From Neodothiora populina (lineage: Eukaryota), in assembly GCF_041146345.1 (NCBI RefSeq), contig NW_027191409.1:1736001-1800000 (forward strand): a stretch of 64,000 bases of DNA, written 5' to 3'. The position numbers and the translations under genes were made by a program. The notes below the pieces were generated by a model. It worked only from the letters and a program-made list of their open reading frames with translations, made no database searches and was not told the origin of the DNA. This document shows positions 11,991 through 24,068 of this stretch, one piece after another (the stretch's first letter is position 1; each line of letters opens with the position of its first letter).

Positions 11991-14900
11991 TGTAAAGATG
12001 CCCTGGCAGGGCGTATCTGATGTATCCCTTACACTACAGTCGATATTACTCGAGGGTTTGACAGGTTATTCGGACGGGCAGGCGTAACTATTCGTCAGAC
12101 TTGTCGACTATTCCGTACGAATGGGCAGCTCGAGGCATGGCAGGTTAGAAATTGCCACAAATATGTAAAAGCGCCCGATAAAAGCGAGTTTTTGTACAGC
12201 TAGCAAGAATTTATATTGATTAATCCCTAGCTCTACAGTACGGAAAATCAACAGTAGAATCACTCCAGACGCAAGCTGGGAGAATTACAGTATCAAGCAG
12301 TTATTTTTTGAGCCCGACCAATAGACTTGCCCTTCCTGCTCTTTGTGCTAACCCGTGCACATTCTTGCGACTTGTGAGACCCTCAAGCGAACGGCAACTT
12401 CTTATAGATGAAATATCTGGACTGGATATCATTGCCGCTTGTGCCTCGCGGACGACTTATGGAGTGGGCATAAAGACTACCACTGTACAAGCAACCTGGC
12501 ATGTGCCGTAAGTAGCATTGCAAGCAACAATCGAAGCAGGAGCTATGGCGCTAAGCGTCGCCTCCCAGGTGAAACCAGCAGCAGTATAGCACGCCATCAC
12601 GACAGCAGCTCAGCCTGTCTGACAGACGCCATAGGCAGCGGGCCCAGCCGAAGATGAGGAAGGGAATGCTAATGCCAGCAAAAGGACATTCGCGAATGAT
12701 AGCGAGCGTGGCATCATCCTGTAACTTGATCCCAATATCAGTAAAATAATCAGACGATTGACCATCTCGTATCATACATTGGTAGACACCGATTGTGTTG
12801 CTCGACGAAATAGTACTGGAATATCGACCTTGCTTTGGATGCGGAACATAGTGTGGGTGCACTGCCTCACACAAGCTAATTGTATCAAGAGAAAGATGGA
12901 GAAGGATCCTTATGTTATTTTCTAAGACTCACACTGCAACTCGAATGGCTGCACAATCACGCCTCGACAACTTATCTCTCTGTATTCTGCATCTCTTAGA
13001 GTTATCATATAAGGCTCAAGAGGACATGCTTTATTGCTTTTGATCATGGAATTTGAAACCGACTTTCGTCAATTGACTCATCAGTCGGTGGAGTCACGGA
13101 AGTCAATATAGAATTGCACCAAACACAAGCGAAAGTTGCGTTAGATCGCATCAAATGCGTCTATTCTCCAAGTCAGACGTCAACGGTTGCTGGCTCGAAG
13201 CGAATCGAAATGTGGCTATCTTGTCTTTGACCTTATCATCTTCATCCAGCAATTCAGAACATGTACGCTCTGATATCGCCATATCCAGGATCACCGGGAA
13301 GGTTGATACCTCATCTTGCGAAGCTGGATTTGGCAGACTGTGTAGATCAGTAACGGATCACCAAATCTGGGAAAGAGCTATGAGCCGCTCCAATGGGAAT
13401 GACTAATCCTAGCTCAGGCACGACTACCTTATCTGGCGAAATTGTACGGTGGGCCACCGCTGGGTACCGCAGGTATGATATCTACGCGCACAAAAGTTGG
13501 GGAGTGTTGGCCATTCATCGCATGCCTCGAAGGAGGTGAGAGAAGCGAGGGTCCATAGACGTGTCGTGTGAAGCTGTCCAACAAATGCGTCCAAGATGTG
13601 AGAAATATTGCATCATCGCTATGGTGGGCGTGCACTGCAGAGTGGTTACAGCCACTATGATGGGTTCCAAAACATTGGGCCAGCTCCTCCAGGGCTTGGT
13701 GTTGATGTTTGGCATAAGCATCAGCAGTCAACAAGACAAATGATCTAGAGCCATGCCACGCGGCGTGTGGAAGTGTCTGGGATTGGTCATGTGTTGGACG
13801 ACATCTTCTTACATGACCATGACCTTTCGCTTTCTCCACAATCCATTCGCTTGTCTCCTTGGACTGGTATAAATTATAGCTTATAATTTGCGGTTCTCAC
13901 CTTGGCGTCTCACGTTTTTTCGTCCTCTCCAAATCCATCGATAAGTTGTACCAGATGTGGAGGCGCGGAAGATAGTGTACTCGTGATGACGGCGATAAAC
14001 TTTGCATCGCCGGAGATGGTACTTTCAAAAACCAGTGATTTACACCAGTCATCTTGCATTTCATTCAACGACAAAGTAGCAATGCATGATAACGCGAATA
14101 CGGATGAGCCTTCGATGTTAAGACGCAAAGCCTTCTCGTTGCACAAAACAACTTTAAGCTTGGTCTGGGAAATGCTGACGCGTAGAGGTGGGTGCAAAAG
14201 GATCGTAAGTACCTTAGCCCCCGCCTAGGTGAGGACATACTGATAATACCACATTCGGCCTTGGCATAGGAGAGAACAAAATTGATTGACAAGCAGATCC
14301 TATGACATTTGCCCAGCGTTGCCGAATCTGTCGCCGTGCGAGTGGCTGAGCGCAAGCGAAGATGTCTGACTGTACGCAAGTATCTCCAATTTCTGACTGG
14401 CCCAGTACTCACAGGCGCAACCGTTGTCTGTTGTCATGGAAGACGCAGGAGGGGGGCCCCGCGCCGTGGAGGACGCAAGTGCGGCATCATCAATTCTCCG
14501 ACCGTCTTCACGTTCGATGGTAACCAGCACGCAACTCTAGATACTGTCGCTGACTGTTGATGTGTGATTGGCAAAATATCCTCCCATACAGAGCAGCATG
14601 AGGTGGAGACTCCATGCACCCCCCGGTCCCTGATGTCACACGTCCGGCTCCCGAGGCCTGAAGTTTCCCGAAGAGGTCAAGCGTCGGACTTCAAACAAAG
14701 CCCACTTCGGCTGTCACTGTGGTTGCTTGTCCCTCGCTGGCTGCACCGCATTGTTTCAACAGCATCAGACTTGGCGGCTCGGACAATACGCAACCATGTC
14801 CGAAAGGAAGACGGTCAAACCAAGCAGGAATGGCAGGTCATCTTTATTGAGTTACAGAAAGGTGGAGGATGCGCGCATGACCATCTTACATGAGCCAGAT

Positions 14901-15166
14901 CAAGCGCACAGGAAGCCATATATGACGATGGAGTCTTGCGACGCGTCAACGATTATGAAATTGTTGGTATACAAGTTCTGTTGGCAAGGCAAGGTACATA
15001 TATATACGTGCATATAGTTGCTGCGAAGAAGTCCAGCATATCCTTTCTTCTGTCCATCTTTCTTCTATCCATCTAGACTTCACACTGCTACGCACATCAG
15101 TACAGACAAGGGAGCCTCACAACCATATCCCCGACCATACCTTTCCAATAGTAATAACAACTAAAG

Positions 15167-15919
15167 ATGAGATTCTCAATCGTCACAGTCGGCGCTGCTG
15201 CCCTGTCCACGGCTGTGGCCCAGAGTGCTACCACCACAGCCCCTCCAAGTTGGGAGTCATATGCCAGCGCCGCAAGTAGCTACTGGGCATCCGTCTCCCC
15301 ATCCAACACCGACTGGTCCTCCTACGCCAGTGCCGCTTCCTCGTATTGGCAGTCGGCCTCGACACTCTGGGGCTCTTCGGGCTGGACATCACTGACAGGT
15401 GCACCCACTGGTTACCCCACAAATTTCCCTTTCTTCCCAGGTGGTGGCAGTAACAATAATGGGAGCGACTACGGCGGTCGCGGAGGAAGTGGCCACGGAG
15501 GCTGGAACGGTGGCACAGGTGGTATGGGTCCGTTCGGCAACAACGGAAACAACAGTGGCTGGGGACCATGGGCATCGAGTGGCTCATGGACAGCTGCTCC
15601 ATGGACTTCCTGGTGGGGAGGCAGTGCCTGTCCTGATTCTACTTGGTCGGGCTGGACCTCTGGTGCTTGGGGAACCAATGCGCCATGGACTACTTGGTCT
15701 GGATGCTCTGCTAGCACTACCGCCACCAGTGTTGTCACCACGTCTCTGTCCGGAACGGCCGTCACGTCTACCGCCTACGGAATTCAGGTCGCTCAAGCTT
15801 CCGTGACGAGTGCAGGAAATGCGGCAGCTAGTGCTACTAGTACTGGTGCTGGGAGCAAAGTCGTTGCCGGAGCTGGTGTCGGTATTGGTGCTGGGCTTGG
15901 CGTCCTCTTGATGCTCTGA
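15167..15919 (+). CDS. Secreted, probably GPI-anchored Ser/Thr/Gly/Trp-rich cell-surface protein
   Basis: Signal peptide MRFSIVTVGAAALSTAVAQ, S/T-rich stalk, C-terminal hydrophobic tail VVAGAGVGIGAGLGVLLML, TATATA upstream (~15000). Confidence 0.88.
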   Translation: MRFSIVTVGAAALSTAVAQSATTTAPPSWESYASAASSYWASVSPSNTDWSSYASAASSYWQSASTLWGSSGWTSLTGAPTGYPTNFPFFPGGGSNNNGSDYGGRGGSGHGGWNGGTGGMGPFGNNGNNSGWGPWASSGSWTAAPWTSWWGGSACPDSTWSGWTSGAWGTNAPWTTWSGCSASTTATSVVTTSLSGTAVTSTAYGIQVAQASVTSAGNAAASATSTGAGSKVVAGAGVGIGAGLGVLLML

Positions 15920-17018
15920 GGGGATAAATCTCGAAAGGAGAGAAAGCTATTGATTGATGATTGTGCAAATACATGTGCGACATCTAATAGGAGTATATTG
16001 AAATTGTACTTGCTTCAGGTGGTCACGATTCCGAGGAAACCACTGCTTATGATAGGTTTTCATGTGCTGCGCCTTGTTTGATGTGCTTTTCTGATCTTGG
16101 TAATTCCCTCTATTCAGAGCAGGCAGTTCTTTGAGCTTTCAAATTTCCACAGTGATACCAGTGTGGTCTCATCTCCACTACCCACTGTACCTTAGTGTAC
16201 GTACAGTACATACAACACAGCCGCCTCGAAGCGCTTAAGTTGTCAAGTCAATGCGGAAGAAAGTGATAGGAAGATAGATCCCTGCTTTGGATCTGCTGAT
16301 CGGCGTCTCGTCGCTTCGCGACAGATATTTCGGCACTTTTAAAACCCCGCACATCAACTTGTAGGGTAATCAACACGCCTTTGGCCAGGTGAATCCAGAG
16401 ACGCTTGAACTATAGGCATATTTTCACATCAGCGACAGTCAAAGGTCGATAGGTTGCTAAGATCTGTCCATGCATGAATGTGCTGGCTGTGACAGCTTGG
16501 CGCCCAAAACGGTGTATCGTATAGCTGATTGTAAGAAAATCACGACATTTCATTGTAGTCCGGGAAGATCAGTATTTGATACTCGCAGAGCTCAGAGATT
16601 GCCGACGGTGGCGACAGATATGAGCTCCTTGGTTGGAATTGATCCAGACTCTGTCACCCAACTCATGCGCTATCGGATGCTTTCTCTTCACCTGCGTACA
16701 TCAGACGAAGCTACTCGTGATATCGTGAGATCATGATTGGAAGTCGCCTAGCGTTAGACCATATCTCAAGCGCCCGAATTCATATATCATGCATATTCAC
16801 ACAGACCGACAGGCCTCTTATTGGGAGGGACGACCCACCTTACTCGGAAATGACTTGAGTCCTTCCGCTATAATAGCTCTGCACCCTTCACTTATCCCTT
16901 TGCCCATCATGCACTATCCTGCTCATGATCGCCGCTCCATACTTCGTCCTGAGTATTGTGCTCTCTTCATATTTGGTTCTGGCTGTGTGTAGATCGATTA
17001 ACCTCTCAAGAAGCTGTC

Positions 17019-18280
17019 ATGTCCAATCCGAACAATTATGCTGTCGGCTGGATATGTGGCATCGCGACGGAATACACCGCTGCGCGACAATTTCTAGATG
17101 AAGAGCATGAACCACCACAGAGAGTGTCTCCTAATGACAACAATGCTTATACTCTAGGTAGAATCAAGAGTCATAACGTCGCAATTGCTATTTTGCCATG
17201 AAAAGAACATGGTATCAGTGCTGCAGCCTCGGTTGCAACGAGCATGCTACACAGCTTCCCAAACATCAGGATCGGTCTCTTGGTTGGTGTCGGCGGTGGT
17301 GCTCCTAGTCTCAAGCACGACATCCACTTTGGAGATGTTGTCGTCAGTTCTCCAGGTCATGGAACAGGTGGTGTCTACCAATATGATTTTGGTAAGACGA
17401 TACAGAACAAAGCTTCTAATCATTCGGGTTTTTTGAATCAACCGCCACCACTACTACGCACTGCAGTCATCGCTTGAAAGGCTGAATATGAGAGCGACGG
17501 ACATTGCATTCGGAAAACTATTGATGCCATCCTCACAAAAAAGTCAAGACTACGAAAACGCTATAGCCGGCCACCGCTCAAATCTGATCGGCTATACAGA
17601 GCTGATTTCGTTCATGTATCAGATAACGATGAAACAGATAACGATGAACCATGCAATGAGTTTTGTGGATATGATCTATCAGTCCTTGAGCATCGTCGCG
17701 AACGGAGTGAAGAGGAACAGGACCCCAAAATCCATTATGGCGTGATTGCATCGGCAAATCAATTAATGGAAAATGCTCTGATTCGAGATACGCTTGCCAA
17801 GAACAACGGAGTATTGTGCTTCGAAACGGAGGCTGCTGGGCTGATGAACCACTTTCCCTGCCTTGTCATCCGTGGTATCTGCATTATTCGGACACTTACA
17901 AGAACCAGCAATGGCAAGGTTATGCTGCAATGACTGCTGCTGCATACGCGAAAGACCTTCTGGGTAGGGTACCACCCAGTCGTATCGAAGCTGATGGGTC
18001 GGTCAAAGACGTTTTGTCAGATAGTCAGTCTCTATCAAGCCGCTTTTTTGTCATACGTACTAATCGCACTGGAGCTGAAGTGAGAGGAAAGCTTGCAACG
18101 ATTGAATCTAAGATCGAGTATGTCAAACAACTCACTTTTTATCAACAACATCAGGCTCTTCGCGACCGGAAAACACCGATTGATTATGCCTCACAGCAAA
18201 ATGATTTGTTCTACTGAATCTGGGCGGCACCGGAGAGTGGCTGCTCTGATCGATATGTTTCATGGATCGAGTGAATGGTA
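17019..18280 (+). pseudogene. Third PNP_UDP_1(-NACHT) NLR-like pseudogene
   Basis: [14 protein letters not shown]...LLVGVGGG...IHYGVIASAN...CFETEAAG...YAAMTAAAYAKDLL, with in-frame TGA stops at 17199 and 17475 and a 1-nt deletion near 17883. It ends in the pre-NACHT motifs DYASQQND and GTGEWLL, then is truncated. Confidence 0.9.
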
Positions 18281-19160
18281 GAGAGTGTCCCCTGTTCAGT
18301 CATGGTGGTACATGTGTGCATTACAATTCCAACCAAGAACAGGAGTAATCGTCAGAAGATATATCAGAACAACCGATACACATCAAAGACAACCTGCCTA
18401 CACCACAGATTAGACTGTTGGGGAATTTCTGACTGATTTACGTCAATCTCTCGAACTCGTGTTGTGTTCTAGAAGCATTTTTGAATGACTGGAAGGTCAT
18501 CACTCAATACATATCAGAACTTTAGGAAGCGGTCACAGATACGGCTATTGACCAATCGAGTGATTTGGTCATCGATTTGGATGTCCATTCAACCATCACT
18601 TCATCGGCAACGATTATCCGGTCAAGTCTCGCAATTGTGGGAGCACAATGTCTCTGGAGATCTCGCTGCTCATCACTACCTGAACATGGTAGTTTAGATA
18701 ACTTTCGCGAGCTCCTTTCATAGTAGGCGTATGTTGTCATGGGACATCTCAAGAGTCCATGATGACAATCTCTGACATCAGAATCGTCGCGGTATCATAC
18801 TCGAAGATATACGGAACCGTTCTATCAATCGGTGTGGTGGAGGTATTGACGTTGTGACAGATAACGTGCCCTCATCGGGCTAGCGTGCATGATTCGCGTT
18901 CGACGCGTTGACTATCAGAGGGACCGAAGACATGATTTGGACATCAGCTCAACACAACCTCATCAACAGACACATAAGAGACAGCTGATAATGGATACCT
19001 TGTAATTCTTAGATGATCTTTGACCACCCCTAGATCGAGATTTCTTAAATCTCGCAAAAACCCAGCATTGATGAAATATCCAAGGCGCGGGCCGCCTTTC
19101 GACAATTCTACAATACCACTGTTCGGATATATTTATCCGCCCGTTGGAGTTCAGTACTAG

Positions 19161-22094
19161 ATGGGAATCCCTGGGTAAAATCCCAATCGATATACACCAA
19201 AACTTAAGTGCAGGTAAAGCTTACCCGAGCAGTTTTTGGGATATCGTTAAGAATGGCGAGATCGTATCACTTGCGGGATTCGTGACCGAGCATTTCGAAA
19301 GAACCGGTCGACCATTGCGAGTTGCAATAGACGAGGCAGGATGGCGTTTCAAGAATTTGAGTGATGATTTTGTCTGGAAAATACGTGAAAGTAGGTTCAT
19401 GATTTCTTAATTTGTGTGGCTAGTCCTCCTTTGGGTTGAATAAGAGAAAAGTCAAGGATGTCATGGTCTAGGCAGGTAGAGATGTGGCAAGTAGACTAAG
19501 CACCACAGCTGACATGCGAACTCTATAAGATGAACCAGCAGCGAATCCCATTGAAAGGGGGGTCTTGTCTCGTCTGTTGAAGCTCATGCGAATGGGCATC
19601 CAGCCAATAGTCATCTTCGACGGGCCATCTCGACCATGGAAGCGCGGCAGTGCTGCCGGCAGGATCCATTGGACGAAGATCGACTTACTTCGCCAGCTCC
19701 TAGATGCACTCAAGATACCGCACCATCGTGCCCCAGCCGAAGCAGAAGCCGAGTGTGCCAGACTGCAGCAAGTGGGGATTGTGGATGCTGTCTGGTCCGA
19801 TGACAGCGATGTATTCATGTTTGGAGCCACATTACTCATCCGCGATTACCGAGAAGCAGGCTCAAAACGCGCCAAGAGTGACACGCATGTGCAAGTGTAT
19901 AGAGCCAAAGACATCAAGACGCGCTATGGCCTTGACCAACCGGCACTCATCCTATTCGCGCTTCTCAATGGTGGCGACTACGATAGCAAAGGTTTGTCTG
20001 GTTGCGGACCTGCGACAGCACACAAGGCTGTTAGGTGGCAAGGTGGTCGACTTGGTCGTCTGGCCAGTGATCTCCCGTTGACGCAGCTTCATGTCTTAAA
20101 TGATGCGATTCGAGATTACTTCGAAGACCATTTGGTGAACGGGCAGAAGCTGCAAATCCTTCCTGACTTTCCCCGCGATCTTCATGTCAAGAACTATCGT
20201 ACACCGAAGGTCTCTACTGCAGAACAGTGTTATAGTCTTCGAGCCTTACAGAATGGATGGGACACGCCCATTGATGAAGGCAGGCTGCGTCCATTTCTCC
20301 GCCAGCGTTTTCAATACAGGGCGAAAGAGTATATCAGACACATTGTGCCTGTAATGCTTGTTCAGCACCTCCGGCGACTGACCAACGTCTACCCTAGCAC
20401 TTTTGGGATCATGCTACACCATAAGCGAGGTAAAACTGCTGAGGACTACAAGAACCGTGTCATTGCTCACTCTTGATCCGTTGCGCTGCTCTAATCTCAA
20501 CCTCGGGCTCCAACCTCCCGACGAGAACTGGAGTATCTGGACCGACAAGAAGGGAAACAGGTGGAACCCGGGCGAACATATTGAGGCGGAGATTCTGACA
20601 TGTCTGCTCAAGCGAGCCATCGGATCGTCGGAGCTCGAGCGACTGCAAGAAGCAGCTGGACTGTCACGAAAGGGTAAGAGAAAGAGTGGTGTGGCTACCG
20701 AGGAGATTTCATCGGCAGTCAAGAAAGCAAAAATCAACGGCTCTTCTGGCAGGCCGGGAGGTCGTGTACCAGATGTTGCCAGACTTCCGAGCACATCTGC
20801 CCGTGGTGATCTCGTGGTGGAATCACGAGATCCATCCTGGAAAAGTGCCCAGACTGATCCAGAAAAAGCGTCGCCCGCAGACCTTTCGGGTGATTCACGC
20901 TTACCGGTCAACGATGAGTTGCCAAAGTTCCGCAAGCCAAGGGCATTGCAAAACCTCTCCGTCGCAGAAAGTGACGCGCTACAACAAGAAGGAATCCAGG
21001 TGTGGATCACTCCCGGAGTACACCCTGGAGGAGAATCTTCTTCATCGACCCTGGAGCCATCTAAGGTTCATTGCTCGTTTCCTGCGAGGGAAGAAGTCGA
21101 TCTTGCGTTCTCAGGGAATAACTGTGAATCAAGTTTCACAAATCACAACGTTGATGTACAAAGGAAGAGCTATCCAGCTCCAGCTCACGCTCACGCTTCA
21201 CTAGCACAGTGTCTTGAACATCAGATACAGCACATATTTGAATCAACTGGCCTTGCAACGGCCAGGTATAAGAGTAGGACCCTGGACGATCGGATTGCAT
21301 ACCAAGTCGCGCTAGAAGATCAGCTGCGTGCTGCACGAACGAGACTCTTGAACACAATCAATGGGAAAGCGCTGATCGTCTGGGACCAATGCATGGAGTT
21401 TGCCCGGAAGAGAGATATTACGTCCGCTCAGGATCATGCCTCAGGAGCTGAGGTCTGCAAGAGAGCCAGAGCATTTCTGACGCAGCTTGCGACGGACTTG
21501 CGTGAGCACACGGATGCGTTTGTGAACGCATGCGCTTCACGGATCGTCGATACATCCTCTGAGGTGCTCACGGACCTACATGGTCTGAAGAGTCTACTCC
21601 CAATGAACGACAAGGACTTGAATCAGCTCAAACTAGCAAAGAGGTTCGAGTACGAGGTTGAGCAAATACTGGTCGCGCTTGACGTATTGAGGACCAAGAC
21701 GCCCATAAAGCCTCAGTGTGGACCATCGAAACCGAAAAGGCCAGCGGTCGCTTCGGCACCAACACACCCGCACAGTATCAGAGGTCCGTATCCACCGCCA
21801 GTCGTTCAACCTCATGCAATATCTCCACCAGGACCTTTAGCGGTGAGTCCTCTTAGGCAACCACTTGGCAGGGAGCAAGAGGTGCCCCCGGAAGCAAGAA
21901 GAAGACTCATCGCACAGGCACGCTTGCGTCATTTTGAGACGGCATCGAAAGCACCAGCGGGGCAAGCAGTAGTCCCTGGTGGGCCTGTTGTTACGGCGGC
22001 ACCACAGATCTTGCCGACACTAGGGGTTCGAGGAAGGCCTGGAATAGAGAAGGAAAGAAAATCCACTGTAGTCATAGATCTCACCGATGACTAG
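19161..22094 (+). CDS. XPG/Rad2-family structure-specific nuclease, GEN1/Yen1-like, with an apparent frameshift at ~20400-20470
   Basis: Introns 19175-19232 and 19391-19529 give MGIPGFWD...RPLRVAIDEAGW...VIFDG...APAEAEAECARL...VDAVWSDDSDVFMFGA...GGDYDSKGLSGCG (XPG-N, XPG-I, H3TH). The C-terminal part continues in ORF 20403..22094. Confidence 0.85.
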
Positions 22095-22565
22095 GTGGAC
22101 ACTCCAGCATCGCATTCCTTGACCCTAAGAAGACTCTGTTATATCACTTTTCCACAAGTTTCATGACGTCTCCCTGTTTCCCTATCACTTTTGCACATTC
22201 AGCCATGTCAGCGAGGATGCCATCGTACATGCGACTACTTGATCCCGCTCTTCTCTGATACGATGATATACGACATGTGATAGTAGTGATGCCAAGGACC
22301 GAGGGATTGCGGAGGCGGAGACACGAGGTCCGAGCTCATCTCCGCCATCAAGGTTTTGGCCGCAGGTTTCGTGAAAAAGATTATGGTTTTGTATAATTAC
22401 GGATAGACCTTGTTACGAGCATCTACGTTCAGACTCAACTAGAACGATCAATCCTCGGAACGAGCAACAAGACGAAGAAGTGACCAAGTAGCCAGACAGT
22501 TGTCTTCGAACATTACATTCTGAAAAGTTTTGAGCGGCTTCCTTCATCCACAAAACACACCGAAA

Positions 22566-23464
22566 ATGGTAAGAACCCGCTCCTTCCCTCTACTGAGTGC
22601 TGCGAGCATCCATTTGAGACATGTGTAATTACCATGCCAAGTCAAGACCAATATCTAATCCAACCTCAGGCACCAATTAAGAAACGCGCCGGCATGCGCG
22701 CCAAAATCGCCGCCAAATCGCGCCCAGCAGCAAGCTACACACCCGCCTCCAACACAACCATCTCGGACCTCGATGCCTCCACAGGAGGAAACAACGACAG
22801 CAACGACCACGACGCCAGCTCAGCCTTCTCGTCCTTCGCGAGCAGCAAGCGCGACAAGCGCATCATGAAGCACTCTGCGTTCATGTCCAAGATCGAAAAG
22901 GCGAATAAGAAGCCTTCGAAGAGAGGTGGGGCGCGGGGCAAAGCGAGGGAGAAGGAGAAGCAACTAATGGTGAAGCTCGAGGGGTTGGTTGATGCGTTGC
23001 CTGAACTTGAAGAAAATGACGATGATGATGATGATTGGGAGGGCATGATGAGTGAAGACGACGAGAACAGCAATGATCAGACGAAAACAGCAAAGGAAAA
23101 CGACATGCTAGGCGCTTTAGCGAGCATGGTCAACGTGCGGAAATCGATCAAGAAGTCATCAAATGACACGACGGGGGTATCAGGCAAAATGCAGATGAAA
23201 ACGCTCAAGTCTCGACCCGGTGCGGCCAAGAGAAAAGCCGCGCTCGAAGGCAAGGAAATGGAGAGGTTCGGAAAGAATCTCGCGCAGATGACTGCTGCTG
23301 TTACTCCTGCTGCTCCTGTTACTGCTGCTTCTGCACCTGCTGCGACTACTGCGAATACTGCTGCGACAGCGGAGGGTGATGCTACTGCAAACAGGTGGGC
23401 AGCACTCCGAGGCTTCATCGGGCAAACAATGGAACAGAACCCTCAATTCGGCATCAAAAAGTAA
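22566..23464 (+). CDS. SLX9: Ribosome biogenesis protein Slx9-like
   Basis: ATG exon plus intron 22569-22669. Motifs SKRDKRIMKHSAFMSKIEK, KTLKSRPGAAKRK...EMERFGKNLAQM and NRWAALRGFI are typical of the fungal Slx9 family. Confidence 0.8.
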
Positions 23465-24068
23465 ACAAGCTCAAGAAGGCATTGAATGCGACGCCTGAAT
23501 ATACGCCGATTCTGAAGGTTCAGCTCTTCGCTGCAAAACGCCAGAGTCTTAGTTGAACAATTCTGTATGCACATCTCCGAGGAGAGCATCAGGAGCGATG
23601 ATCGATTTCGTTTTTCACCAAGGGCGAGCACATGCCGTCGAAATCGCTCTGGCAGGGCCGTCCCGAGATGCTCCTCACGAGAACTTTGCGCATTTGAGCT
23701 TCCAGAACGCCGTTCCTTTAGAGAGGCCGGTCAAAGGGTCTCGAATACCTGGTGTGTGCGTTCTTGACTTTAATCCTGCGAAGGTACATGAGGCATGCTT
23801 GCCGATACAAGAGACTTTTGTTGTAGCGAGGAACTTGTCCTTGTACAGCGCTGTCGGACAGTCCGTTTGGCAATACTCATGTCTGTCGCTCCATGAATGG
23901 ACCCTTGTACTATGACGAAAAATCAGTAGACGGGCATCTTCTGGGATCGTACGACAGTAAGCAATGCGTGACTCGCTCGCGTCATATAAGACATCTAAGT
24001 ACATAGACGATCAATTCTGGTGTATATACAGTACACGAATGACAAAAGTCCGTCTACAAGAGACCATT

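Noticed and set aside
12300..14560. Chain of minus-strand ORF fragments that might be a decayed or multi-exon gene
   Set aside because: I could not assemble a coherent spliced model or recognise any domain.
17620..17650. 15-bp tandem duplication (CAGATAACGATGAAA/C)
   Set aside because: Simple slippage inside a pseudogene.
1..18300. Possible Starship or other giant mobile element carrying NLR-type cargo
   Set aside because: The gene content is compatible, but no DUF3435 tyrosine recombinase or boundary repeats are visible in this window.
20351..20397. Intron-like GTAATG...CTGAC...TAG in the nuclease gene
   Set aside because: 47 nt is the wrong phase, and splicing it leads to a stop codon within 9 codons.
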